64,000 bases of DNA, from the NCBI GenBank assembly GCA_034101475.1, contig JAXEJQ010000092.1, positions 446 through 64,445 of the forward strand, read 5' to 3'. The position numbers and the translations under genes were made by a program. Below the pieces are notes generated by a model. That model saw nothing but the letters and a program-made list of their open reading frames with translations. It was not told the origin of the DNA and did no database searches. The stretch's first letter is position 1. Each line of letters begins with the position of its first letter. The stretch is from Candidatus Limivivens sp. (GTDB lineage Bacteria; Bacillota; Clostridia; Lachnospirales; Lachnospiraceae). Of this stretch, positions 10,207 through 20,378 are shown one piece after another.

Positions 10207-11211
10207 TCACTCGGGATTGATTCTCCTTGTGGAACCTCTGCGAACCAACTGGTAAGGCAGATAGAACCAGGTTTTTTCTTTCGCTCTCTCTCCAAACAGC
10301 GCATCGTAGAAAATCTGCCCTTCATCCAGAGACCGTACCGTTGACAGCGAAGGATCATAGAATTCAGAGACCGAATCATCAAATCCAAAAACGGAAATAT
10401 CCTCCGGCACCCGCAGTCCCTGAGCTTTCAGATACCGGATAATCCCGATGGCAACCATGTCAGATCCCGCAATCACTGCTGTGGGAAGCTCGATATTGTT
10501 TTCATAGATCTGCTGCATCCCCCGCATCCCGGTTTCTGTGGTAAATTCTCCCTGGAAGACATAGGATTCCGGCAGCGCCAGTCCCGCATTTTCCAGAGCC
10601 TCCCGAACTCCCTTCAGCCGCAGGTAGCCATTGGTATAATCCTCATTTCCGGCTCCGATATAGGCGATCCGCCTGTGCCCCTCGCTCATAAGGAACTCCG
10701 CCACATCCCATTCGGCCTGATAGCTGTCAATAGACACTGTTGTAAAGGGATGCGGTTCCTCCATCACGCCCTGGCACCCCAGTACCACCGGACACGGAAA
10801 CTTCCGAAGCTTTTCCAGGATGGCCTCCGTAAGCTGGACTCCCTGAAAAATCAGTCCATCCAGGTTATGCTCCAGCATCTTGTCCAGTAAAAGCAGTGCC
10901 TTGTCATTATCAAACTCATAATCACTGACCACTACAACTTTATTATTCTTCATACACATTTCATTGATGCGCTTCAACTGCCGCGTCATTACAGGATTTC
11001 CCAGATCCGCCACCATAATCGCCACCAGTGACGTGGATTTGGTCACCAGACTCCGCGCCGCCGCGCTGGGTCTGTAATCGTATTTTTCAATGCTCGCCAT
11101 CACCCGACGCTTCAACTCATCACTGACGGTTTTCGATCCATTCATCACTCTGGAAACCGTTGAAACCGACACACGGGCATCGGCCGCGATCTCCTTAATT
11201 GTAACTTCCAT
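10207..11211 (-). CDS. LacI-family transcriptional regulator (paralogue B)
   Basis: TIKEIAADARVSVSTVSRVMN helix-turn-helix; collinear with and clearly similar to 8868-9881. Confidence 0.95.
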   Translation of the reverse strand: MEVTIKEIAADARVSVSTVSRVMNGSKTVSDELKRRVMASIEKYDYRPSAAARSLVTKSTSLVAIMVADLGNPVMTRQLKRINEMCMKNNKVVVVSDYEFDNDKALLLLDKMLEHNLDGLIFQGVQLTEAILEKLRKFPCPVVLGCQGVMEEPHPFTTVSIDSYQAEWDVAEFLMSEGHRRIAYIGAGNEDYTNGYLRLKGVREALENAGLALPESYVFQGEFTTETGMRGMQQIYENNIELPTAVIAGSDMVAIGIIRYLKAQGLRVPEDISVFGFDDSVSEFYDPSLSTVRSLDEGQIFYDALFGERAKEKTWFYLPYQLVRRGSTRRINPE

Positions 11212-11484
11212 CTGCCTCTCCTTACTTTTTCATAACCAATCTGCCCGTACCTTCGCAGATACGATTTACAGACCCATAAAAATCAATTATACCAATGGGT
11301 TTGTTCCCAATTGCTCATATCCCGCCGGACATTTTGTATACAATAAGAAAAGCCGGACAAAGCAGATGTTCTCCGCCTCTCCGGTATCATCCGTTTCCTT
11401 ATCCAGCTTTCCTGCAGAACTCCTGAACAGTTCTAAAATCCCGGTCAGACGCCTTTTTCAAATGATATGAGAAATTTTGTTTTC

Positions 11485-11513
11485 AGTATACACCATTTCC
11501 CTGGGATTTGCAA
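11485..11513 (-). promoter_or_regulatory. Sigma-A-type promoter for LacI paralogue B
   Basis: TTGCAA-17 bp-TATACT on the minus strand. Confidence 0.55.
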
Positions 11514-11545
11514 ACTCACTCGAAAGATATTTTTCCGAAAACACA

Positions 11546-11635
11546 GCACGGAAAAATCGACGGCTCATCATATGGGTTACCCGACAAATGAGCCTCCCGT
11601 CGATTGTTCCGTGCTTCGCACTCCCACAATCCTGC
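11546..11635. repeat. Interspersed repeat family 1, inverted doublet / left-end type copy
   Basis: gcacggaaaaatcgacgg (from 11546) pairs with ccgtcgattgttccgtgc (to 11614). 11581-11630 matches 22519-22569 and is partly the reverse complement of 7136 and 22746. Confidence 0.85.
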
Positions 11636-11638
11636 ATC

Positions 11639-12490
11639 TTAATATTGATACATGTCTCCGCTGGGAACATAGGTTACCGGAACCTGTCCTTCTGTCAGTT
11701 CCGTGATCCAGTCCTGGGCATACCGCATTCCAAGCTCCTCCATGCTGAAATGTCCGATATTAAACATTGCTTTGTTTTTGCCCAGCTGGATCGCGTCCCG
11801 CAGATAGGACAGCGTCGTCCATTCAATGATTTCTCCCGGAATAATGGCATCCAGTTCCTGCTCAAGCGCTCTGGTCACCTCGGTTGCGTATTCCACGAAA
11901 TAGCCGTTCTCATCCACATGATCTGTTCCGAACGCGTTCGGGCACAAATGCCCCACAATCCCTACCCGGCTGATTTTCGCTTTCGGATCCCCCATATAAC
12001 GCAGGCCGTTTAAGTGCAGTTTATCGATCAGTTCCTGTTTCAGTTCCTCCACCGTGCATTCCGGCAGACGGTATTTGTAGGTAAACATGCCGATTTTGCC
12101 TTCCGCATATGCTTCCCAGCCCAGATATTTCGTCACTCCGGTAAAAATACTGTCGGGCTGGTGGGCATGCATATGGTCATGATCCCGCCAGATCACAATG
12201 CCGTGCTCATCCAGCAGTTTTCTTTTTTCTTCATAAACCTCATTTCGGAAATCCGCCCGCCAGTCCGGATAATCCGGCGTGGAATAAAATGAGGGTTCGT
12301 GAACAAACAGCAGATTGGCTCCCACCTCAATGGCCTTTCGGATTACCTCGACAGTCGGCACAAGCGCTGTCACAATACCGGTGCATTCCGCCTCCGGATC
12401 CCCGCATTTATAGTTGTCGCATCCCTGGTAATCCTCCGGAAATTTCGGATGATATTCCAGCACCCGCTCAATGACTTCTCTGATCTTCAT
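11639..12490 (-). CDS. Nif3-like dinuclear metal-centre protein
   Basis: CGDPEAECTGIVT, GANLLFVHEP, WRDHDHMH and IGHFSMEELGM motifs of the NIF3/DUF34 family. Start at MKIREV (12490), an ATGA overlap with the esterase stop. Confidence 0.75.
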   Translation of the reverse strand: MKIREVIERVLEYHPKFPEDYQGCDNYKCGDPEAECTGIVTALVPTVEVIRKAIEVGANLLFVHEPSFYSTPDYPDWRADFRNEVYEEKRKLLDEHGIVIWRDHDHMHAHQPDSIFTGVTKYLGWEAYAEGKIGMFTYKYRLPECTVEELKQELIDKLHLNGLRYMGDPKAKISRVGIVGHLCPNAFGTDHVDENGYFVEYATEVTRALEQELDAIIPGEIIEWTTLSYLRDAIQLGKNKAMFNIGHFSMEELGMRYAQDWITELTEGQVPVTYVPSGDMYQY

Positions 12491-13329
12491 TCCGCTTTCT
12501 CCTTTTTCTGTTTCGGACAAAGGGGTTTTTCCCCTTCCGCAAGAAGCCACTGAATGGCCGGTTCCAGATGCTGATTCCAGAAGCCGTAATCATGCGCTCC
12601 CGGCCCTTCGTGATAAACGAAAGGCACCTTTTCTTCCTTCAGGAACCTACGGAAAATCTGATTCTCCTCATACAGGAAATCCTCGGTTCCCACAGCCAGA
12701 TAAAATTCCGGCATTTCTTTTCCCTCTTTCAGGATCTCCTTCACCAGTGTCTCCGGGTTATTCCGGCTTTCCGCGACTTTTTCCGGATCTCCGAACATCA
12801 GTCGGTAATATTCATAATTTGCGATGCCGTCTTCCGTTCCCGGTTTCATTTTTTCCACATTGTATACAATGAGCGCAGAAGACAGCGCCACGATTTTGGA
12901 AAAGGTTTCGGAGAACTGCAGTCCGGTATGGATCGCTCCAAAACCGCCCATGGAAAGCCCGCCGATAAAGGTATCCTCCCGTTTTTCCGACAGTCCGAAG
13001 GTTTTCCGGGTATAATCCACCAGTTCCTTTCCCACATAAGTGGCATACTGCCGCCCGGTTTCCTTTCCATCCAGATAAAAGCTGTTGTCCCCGGACGGAA
13101 AAACCACACACAGGTTATATCTCGCGGAAAAATCCCAGATCATGGAATTCAGCAGCCAATCCGTATTCGTTCCGGAATAGCCGTGGAGAAGATACAGCGT
13201 TTTCATCGGCCTTTTATAGTGAGGATTTCCCTCTCTGATCATCACGGGTGCATCGTTGGGCAGCAGAATCCGAAAGGAAACGCATCTCTGCAGACACTCC
13301 GAATGAAAATCAAACACACCAGTCGCCAT
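12487..13329 (-). CDS. Alpha/beta-hydrolase esterase (acetyl-/tributyrin-esterase-like)
   Basis: YLLHGYSG, GLSMGG nucleophile elbow, GTEDFL, GAHDYGFW. Confidence 0.88.
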   Translation of the reverse strand: MATGVFDFHSECLQRCVSFRILLPNDAPVMIREGNPHYKRPMKTLYLLHGYSGTNTDWLLNSMIWDFSARYNLCVVFPSGDNSFYLDGKETGRQYATYVGKELVDYTRKTFGLSEKREDTFIGGLSMGGFGAIHTGLQFSETFSKIVALSSALIVYNVEKMKPGTEDGIANYEYYRLMFGDPEKVAESRNNPETLVKEILKEGKEMPEFYLAVGTEDFLYEENQIFRRFLKEEKVPFVYHEGPGAHDYGFWNQHLEPAIQWLLAEGEKPLCPKQKKEKAE

Positions 13330-13371
13330 AATTTTTGACCTCCTGTTTCTCGTTATTCTTTTTATCCCTTA

Positions 13372-14256
13372 TTATCCCTTAACTGCGCCGACAACCACAC
13401 CTTTCACAAGGTATTTCTGTACAAAGGGGTATACCAGCAGAATCGGAAGGATTCCGATAAAGGCCATGGCCATCCGCACAGAGGTACCCGGCAGCTCCAC
13501 CTTGCCGGTTCCCAGCAGCGCCGCATTGGAATTGCTCTTCAGAGCCTGAATATTGTTCATAATCTTGATCAGCAGCAGCTGAATACTGTAATATTTTTCA
13601 TTGTCCACATAATACAGACCGTTGGTCCAGTCGTTCCAGTAGCACAGCCCCGTAAACAGGCTGATGGTGGCCACGGTAGGCACCGCCAGGGGCAGCATGA
13701 TTTTGGAAAAAATCGTAAATTCCCCGGCACCGTCGATCTGTGCCGCTTCAATCAGGGAATCCGGAATGCTGTTGGAATAGTAATTCTTAACCAGAATCAC
13801 GTTGAACGCCGTAACCAGATAGTTGGGAAGCAGCAGCGCCCAGATGGTATTTTTGATGTGGAAGAATCTTGTCCACATGATGTAGGACGGAACGATTCCG
13901 CCGTTGAACAGCATGGTAAAAAAGACGAAAAACGTCAGGGCATTCCGGTAACGGAAAGCTTTTCTGGACATGGGATAGGCCAGCATGGTGGTGAGCAGAA
14001 CGCTGGACACCGTTCCGACTACAGTCACCAGGAAGGATACACCATAGGCCCGCACAATGACAGCCCCCTGCTTGATCATATAATAATAGGCGTCAAAGCT
14101 CCATTTTTCCGGAAGATACGAGTATCCGTTGCGGATCAGTGCCGACTCGTCCGTAAAGGATGCAATGACAATCAGAAGAATCGGCAGCAGCGTAACCACG
14201 ACCAGAATCGTCAGAATAACCGTCGCCGCCCGGTTAAATGTTTTACTTTCTGTCAT
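13372..14256 (-). CDS. Carbohydrate ABC transporter permease
   Basis: EAA loop SLIEAAQIDGAG; LplC/YtcP-like. Confidence 0.92.
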   Translation of the reverse strand: MTESKTFNRAATVILTILVVVTLLPILLIVIASFTDESALIRNGYSYLPEKWSFDAYYYMIKQGAVIVRAYGVSFLVTVVGTVSSVLLTTMLAYPMSRKAFRYRNALTFFVFFTMLFNGGIVPSYIMWTRFFHIKNTIWALLLPNYLVTAFNVILVKNYYSNSIPDSLIEAAQIDGAGEFTIFSKIMLPLAVPTVATISLFTGLCYWNDWTNGLYYVDNEKYYSIQLLLIKIMNNIQALKSNSNAALLGTGKVELPGTSVRMAMAFIGILPILLVYPFVQKYLVKGVVVGAVKG

Positions 14257-14268
14257 ATCCTTTCCCTC

Positions 14269-15192
14269 CTAGAACAGTGCGTTATCCGCATCCACTTTTC
14301 GTACAATGCCGTTGGCAGCCAGTACAAGAATGAAGCCTACCAGAGACTGGTACAGCCCGGCTGCTGCCGACATACCAACATCATTCAGCTCCATCAGACC
14401 GCGGTAAACATAGGTATCGATGGTCTGCGTCACATCATACAGCGCGCCGGAATTCTGGGGAACCTGATAGAACAGTCCGAAGTCCGAGAAGAAAATACGT
14501 CCGATGGACATCAGGGTCAGAATGGTCACGGTGGAACGCAGCATGGGCAGCGTCACTTTGAAAATCTGCTGAAGCTTTGTGGCACCGTCCAGGGCAGCCG
14601 CTTCATACAGGGATTTATCAATTCCGGAAATCGCCGCCATGTAAATAATGGACTGATATCCCATATTTTTCCACAGGTATACAATAATCAAAATGGGCGG
14701 CCAGGCATTTTTTGTGGTATACCAGGATATCGGGCTGATCCCCAGGCCTGCCAGAATGGTCTTGTTGATGAATCCGGTATCGGCATTCAAAAAGGCATAG
14801 GCCACAAATCCGATGACAACCCAGCTTAACAGATTCGGCAGAAGCAGGGCCGCCTGAAAAAATTTCACCCGGGTGCGCTTGCCCAGCTCACACATCATGA
14901 CTGCCACAAAAATTGCCATAACCGTTCCCAGTACAATAAATGCCAGGTTATACAGAATCGTGTTCCTGGTCATAATCCAGGCCGAATTGGTGCTGAACAG
15001 AAACTTGAAATTGGCAAAGCCGCACCAGTCGCTGCCAAACACGCCCTTCATGAAATTGTAATCCTTAAAGGCCAGGAAAATGCCGAACATCGGTATGTAA
15101 TTATTGATGAGGATATAAAGAATTCCCGGCAGTGCAATCAGGAAAAACGGTGCACTTTTGGAAAAACCTGCTTTTTTCTTTTTTGTCTTCAA
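14269..15192 (-). CDS. Carbohydrate ABC transporter permease (LplB-like)
   Basis: EAA loop SLYEAAALDGAT; TTG start. Confidence 0.92.
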   Translation of the reverse strand: MKTKKKKAGFSKSAPFFLIALPGILYILINNYIPMFGIFLAFKDYNFMKGVFGSDWCGFANFKFLFSTNSAWIMTRNTILYNLAFIVLGTVMAIFVAVMMCELGKRTRVKFFQAALLLPNLLSWVVIGFVAYAFLNADTGFINKTILAGLGISPISWYTTKNAWPPILIIVYLWKNMGYQSIIYMAAISGIDKSLYEAAALDGATKLQQIFKVTLPMLRSTVTILTLMSIGRIFFSDFGLFYQVPQNSGALYDVTQTIDTYVYRGLMELNDVGMSAAAGLYQSLVGFILVLAANGIVRKVDADNALF

Positions 15193-15285
15193 CCTTTTCT
15201 CCCTCCTTGAACAGTTACAACCGTTCCTTTTATTTTTATGGCCCCATCCTTCCGGACAGGGCCATCGGTTCTGCAGCTGTTTCTG

Positions 15286-16782
15286 TTACTGCTGTGCCAT
15301 CCAGGCATCCAGCTGTTCCTGTTTTGCACTGATAATATCCTGGAAGCCTGCATTGTTCAGAGCATCCACGAATTTCGGAATCTCTGTTTCCGGATCCACG
15401 CTGCCGCACTGCAGACCGGGCAGATACTGCTGAATCACATTGGAGACTGCCGTATACTGAGTTTTCAGCTTGCTGGAATCAAAGGTGAAGCCCATGGCTA
15501 CGGAAGTTTTGGCACTCTTGTTCTGCTCCAGCTCCCACTCCAGAGACTCCGGATTGGTTCCTGCCGGCTGATACATGATAAAGAAGTTGCCCAGGGTTCC
15601 GCAGCTCAGCTGTGCGGTATAGGGAACGGTTGCCGCGTCTTCTCCTTCCGGATAGGAAATGGTTCCGTCTTCATTCTTCACATAATCTCTGCCTTCAATT
15701 CCGTTGATCAGAAGGTTGCATACATCTTCATCGGTAAAGGTCAGGTTCAGGAATTTCAGGGCTGCTTCCGGAACCTTGGTATTGGAAGCCACCATCCAGC
15801 TTACGGCGTTAATATCACCGGTGCTTAAGTACGCCTCACCGATCATCTTCGCGCCAGTAGAATAATTGCCGCACTGAGCCTGCAGGGAGGCTGCAGTATC
15901 TTCTTCCGGATAGCTGTAGGAAGCAACGTAGCAGAAATAATTGCCGGAGCTCATAAGCTCACCGGCCATGCTGGTGGTTGTGGCCGCATCCTGCATTACC
16001 AGCCCTTCATTGTACCAGAGTCTGGCCAGTTCACATTTCTCCTTAAACAGGTCAGTGGAATACAGATCGCTGACGGTGGTATCATCATTAATCAGCACAC
16101 CCTTCGGCTCGTTATAATCATCAGTCAGCCAGTCAATATCTCCCAGAGTCATCTGAAGCCCCAGGGTTCCTGTCTGAACCGGAGCCATAGGGGTCATTTC
16201 CGGCTTGGCTTCCTTTACAGCCCGCAAAATATCCGTCAGATCTTCTGCAGAATTCACAGCGCTCATATCCAGTCCCAGCTCTTCCGCGATATCTTTCCGG
16301 TAAATCACCATGGGAGTCAGAGCCACGGGCTTATAGGTAGGCAGACCGTAAATCCGTCCTTCCTGCGAGCAGGCCTCCAGCCATGCTTCTCCCATCAGCT
16401 CCTTGGTCTCCGGAGCACAGGTGTCCAGAAGATCCGTCAGATCATAGGTCATGCCGGTGGCCACACAGTTGTTGAAATTTCCCAGACTTTCGAAAACATC
16501 AATTTTCTCGCCGGCCTGCAGGGACAGGCTGATGGAACTGCTGTAATCCGCGATTCCGATGGGCTTCAATGTGATTTCCGCGCCGATTTTTTCCCGGGTA
16601 ATCTCATTGATCGCTTCCTCCACCACATCCAGATCCTCTTCTGTGGGAATGTTGTTAAAGGTTGCGTAGGCATATACGACCTGATCATACTCCTCCGCTG
16701 CTGCCGTGATGGCGGCGGCCGGAATCATCCCGAGGGCCATGGACGCTGTCAGAAGCGCTGCCAGTACTTTTTTCTGTTTCAT
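15286..16782 (-). CDS. Sugar ABC transporter solute-binding protein (LplA-like)
   Basis: Start at MKQKK (16782, AAGGGAGG RBS); GRIYGLP and PEAALKFLNL segments plus a DUF3502-like C-terminus. Confidence 0.88.
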   Translation of the reverse strand: MKQKKVLAALLTASMALGMIPAAAITAAAEEYDQVVYAYATFNNIPTEEDLDVVEEAINEITREKIGAEITLKPIGIADYSSSISLSLQAGEKIDVFESLGNFNNCVATGMTYDLTDLLDTCAPETKELMGEAWLEACSQEGRIYGLPTYKPVALTPMVIYRKDIAEELGLDMSAVNSAEDLTDILRAVKEAKPEMTPMAPVQTGTLGLQMTLGDIDWLTDDYNEPKGVLINDDTTVSDLYSTDLFKEKCELARLWYNEGLVMQDAATTTSMAGELMSSGNYFCYVASYSYPEEDTAASLQAQCGNYSTGAKMIGEAYLSTGDINAVSWMVASNTKVPEAALKFLNLTFTDEDVCNLLINGIEGRDYVKNEDGTISYPEGEDAATVPYTAQLSCGTLGNFFIMYQPAGTNPESLEWELEQNKSAKTSVAMGFTFDSSKLKTQYTAVSNVIQQYLPGLQCGSVDPETEIPKFVDALNNAGFQDIISAKQEQLDAWMAQQ

Positions 16783-16947
16783 AAAAATATACCTCCCTTT
16801 GTGCGATGGCGTCCGGTGCAGCCGGTAATGAGGAGTCAGAAGTCTGCAGCCGGAACGGTTCCTTTTCATGAAAAAAGTATAGCAGAAGCCCTGCTATACT
16901 TCTTTCAAAAAGAAGAGCTTTTCTTTTAAAAAAAAGACTTCACTCCT

Positions 16948-18540
16948 CTAGGAACGCTTCGCCAGCGCTGCTTTTCGGAATTCATTGGGTGTCATGCCGG
17001 TATAGCGTTTAAATAAAGTGGAAAAATACGAAAAATTGTCATATCCCACCGCCGCCGCCACATCGCTGACTCTCATCCTCTCATTCCCCAGAAGTTCCCT
17101 GGCGCGTTCCATCCGGTATTCATTGATGGAATCCTTCAGAAACACGCCGGTTTTCTTCTTATACATTCTGGCCAGATATTCCGGCGCCAGGAAAAAGGCC
17201 GCCGCGATTTCATTCCTGCCGATATTTTCCTGGTAATGGGCCCGGATATATTCCTGAATTTCATCGATAAGAGTGGCGGATTTCTGAACCTCTTCTATGT
17301 AGGAGAAGGACTTTTCCAGCAGATAATTGACATAACGCATCATATCAATCACAGACAGAGACGCTTTTTCTTCCATGGAAACCGACAGTTCATCACTCAG
17401 GAAGCTGGAAGCCTGAACCCCGGACTTTGCCAGATAGGCATACACTGCCTGGTTAATTTCCTGCTTCACCGTGCGAAGAGCCTGTTCCGTGAGACTTTTC
17501 TCCCGGGCCTTTTCTCCCAGCTTTCCCTTCAGCTCATTCAGAAATCCGCTTTTATCCTTTTCGTTCAGGAGCTGCGCCAGCCGCTCCAGCTCCAGGACAG
17601 AGATGGCCTCCTTCCGATGGAGGCTGACCTGGTTCTCGGAAAATGCTTTCCCGTAATAGGCCACATTTTCTGTAAAAAGCTGACGGTTCCGGCAGAATTT
17701 CCCGTAAAGTTCCCGGATCCTGCAGGGATTGCTGACACAGCAGGTGATAGCCGCCCGCCCATAGGTCCCGCAGCTCTCAATGAGAACCCCGCATTTTTTC
17801 AGGATCTCCTCCTCCGGCTCCTCATCACAGACCGTGGCAACCATCCGGTAGCTTCCATACTGCCAGCAGATCACCCGGTCATTCTCCGGCGTACCGCAGA
17901 GAATTTCGGAATGAATGTTTTCCAGAATAAACTCATACAGGCTCTGATCCATTTCTCTGCCGTCAAAATCCTGCTCCGTAATCCGTGAAAGCACCAGCCG
18001 GCACAGGCCGTCCGCATCCAGCCCCATCTGCCGCCCCGCCATTTCTCCGGGAATCTGCTCCGGACTGATTTTGCCTTCCAGCAGACGCCTCCAGAAGGAA
18101 ATCTGAACCTGCCGCCGGTTTTTCATAACCCACTCGCCATATTCGCTTTTCTGCCGGACCTGCCTCTTTTTTTCCAGGTTGTAAATGACCTTTTTCAGGG
18201 TGGTCTCCATGGTCTCGATGTCAAAAGGCTTGGTCAGGTATTCCGCCACATGCATTTTCAGAGCACTGGAAGCATAATGGAAATTTTCATGGCAGGTCAG
18301 AAATAAAAATTCTCCCTCCAGCTGCTTCTCCCGATACCAGGTCAGCAGCTCCAGGCCGCTTCCCATGGGCATTTCAATATCGCTGATAATCACATCCATA
18401 TCCTGCCCTTCCAGAATCTCCTTTGCCCTGGAAATATTGTAGGCCGTCCACACCCGGTCAATTCCCAGGCTCTCCCAGCAAACTGATTTTTCGATCACAT
18501 CCAGCGTCGCCAGATCATCATCTACGATAAGTACCTGCAT
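16948..18540 (-). CDS. Two-component response regulator with AraC-type output (YesN-like)
   Basis: Receiver VLIVDD...SDIEMP...YLTKP and C-terminal AraC HTH VAAAVGYDNFSYFSTLFKRYTGMTP. Confidence 0.92.
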   Translation of the reverse strand: MQVLIVDDDLATLDVIEKSVCWESLGIDRVWTAYNISRAKEILEGQDMDVIISDIEMPMGSGLELLTWYREKQLEGEFLFLTCHENFHYASSALKMHVAEYLTKPFDIETMETTLKKVIYNLEKKRQVRQKSEYGEWVMKNRRQVQISFWRRLLEGKISPEQIPGEMAGRQMGLDADGLCRLVLSRITEQDFDGREMDQSLYEFILENIHSEILCGTPENDRVICWQYGSYRMVATVCDEEPEEEILKKCGVLIESCGTYGRAAITCCVSNPCRIRELYGKFCRNRQLFTENVAYYGKAFSENQVSLHRKEAISVLELERLAQLLNEKDKSGFLNELKGKLGEKAREKSLTEQALRTVKQEINQAVYAYLAKSGVQASSFLSDELSVSMEEKASLSVIDMMRYVNYLLEKSFSYIEEVQKSATLIDEIQEYIRAHYQENIGRNEIAAAFFLAPEYLARMYKKKTGVFLKDSINEYRMERARELLGNERMRVSDVAAAVGYDNFSYFSTLFKRYTGMTPNEFRKAALAKRS

Positions 18541-18552
18541 AATCTTTCTCCT

Positions 18553-20267
18553 TTATCCACAGGGATTCTGATTGGGGACTCCTTCATCCACAACATGAAG
18601 GGGTTTTTCGGGGATTATCATGTGGTTAAAGCAGCCATGGGGAGACACATTGGAAATCGTAAACAAATCCTTCCGGTCATACATGATTTCCAGCATCTGC
18701 CGGATACTGCGAAGGCCCACCCGCTCGCCGGTTCCTGAGGCAGGCAGTTCCTCCCTTCGCATATAATCCAGAACCTCCTGAGGATACCCCTTCCCGTCAT
18801 CCTCGATCTCAATCACCAGCAGCTTCTCCCCGTCTTTTTCCTGAACCCCGATGCGGATCAGAATTGTCAGCATGGAACCGATAGCCACTGCGTATTTGTA
18901 TTCATTCTCAATAATCGTATGAATCAGCATCTGGGGAATCTGCCAGCCGCCCAGCTCCTCCGGCATATCGATGAAATAGAAGACGCTTCCCGGATACTTC
19001 AGATCCTGCATTTCAAAATAATTCTCCACATGCTGAATCTCCTCCCGCAGCGGCACCGTGTGAAGCCCCGCCCGGAACAGGTACCGGATATTTTTCGACA
19101 GCGCGTCAATATACTGCTGAATCTCCGTATTTTTGCCCTGCATGCTCAGGCTGGAAATGGTGGTCATGGCATTCAGGAAAAAATGGGGCCGGATCTGGAG
19201 CCGGATACAGCGCAGCTCCGTCTCACTCAGGGCAATCTGCTTTTCATAGGAGGCGATCTTCAGGCCCAGAATTTCATTCATCAGCCGGTTAAAGGTATCC
19301 CGGACAGGTTGAATTCCATATAGCGGTAGCTTCTTTCCAGCCTGGCATCATAGTCTCCCTGCTTAATCTGCTCCATGCTCCGGACCATATCATGAACAGG
19401 CGCCAGTACCTCCCTGCGGAAGGTAATCACTGACCAGGCCATAAACAGAACCATGGTCAGAATGACCCCCACAACCAGAACCATTCCCAGACGAACCTGT
19501 CCCCAGATATTGCTCAGATCCTGATAGGCATACAGCGTGATTCTGCCATCTCCCATGGCACAGCTCTCCCGGAATCGTCCCTTCTCCGAAATCCCGGAAA
19601 GAGGGCTTCCCGCAGTCCAGGAAAAGAACTCCTTTCCCTGAACTGCCCAGATCCTCTCTTCCCAGTCCGCTGCCACAAAAGTCATTCCCGCCACCTCCTG
19701 TGTCACCGCACTCATCCAGTTCTCCGTGGAAAGGTAGACGGCCACAACCCAGTCCTCGCTGCGGATATCCCGGTAGAGATAGGTTTTCCCGGAAAGACTG
19801 ACAAAAGCCCAGTTATTGCCGTAATCCTGCTCCAGAAGCTTCCCGGTATAGCTGCGCAGGGCCTCCTTTTCCGGAAAAGTCATGCCGGATCTGGGAACGT
19901 CCAGGGTAATGCCATGCTCCTTCCCGGCAATCACCAGCATATCTGCTCCCGCATCCTCCATCAGAAGGTTGTCCAGCTCTGTGCGCAGCTCCATGGAAGC
20001 ATGGTAACGGACACTCTCATCGTCGCTTTCCAGCAGAGAAAGCGTATCATTTTTATAAACCAGATTCAGGATCAAATTATCCATCTTGTTAATCTGGTAG
20101 GTCAGGTTGTTCCCGTAAATATCCACCATACTCCGGAGTGCGCCATGCATCTCATCCCGCATCATCCCGTAAGAGGTTCCCAGAACCGCCGCCAGAATCA
20201 AAAGCAGCAGCCCGAGCTGCAGAAGCATTCGCCTGAGCATAACCTGAATAAATGATGAATTTTTCAT
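18553..20267 (-). pseudogene. YesM-like sensor histidine kinase split by a one-base frameshift near 19305
   Basis: The N-terminal TM/sensor/HAMP ORF (start 20267) ends ...MEFNLSGIPLTG*. Adding one base restores FNLVRDTFNRLMNEILGLKI and joins it to the His_kinase domain (LQIRPHFFLN) and HATPase (ENEYKY, DDGKG). Confidence 0.85.
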
Positions 20268-20378
20268 TTTTCTCTCCCTTACTGAAAAAGCTGCCGCAAA
20301 GGACTCTGTCCCTCTGCGGCAGCTGTGCTTTCTTCCGTCCGGCAAATTCCATCCGATCGTCTGCCCGCCGGGTCCGGA

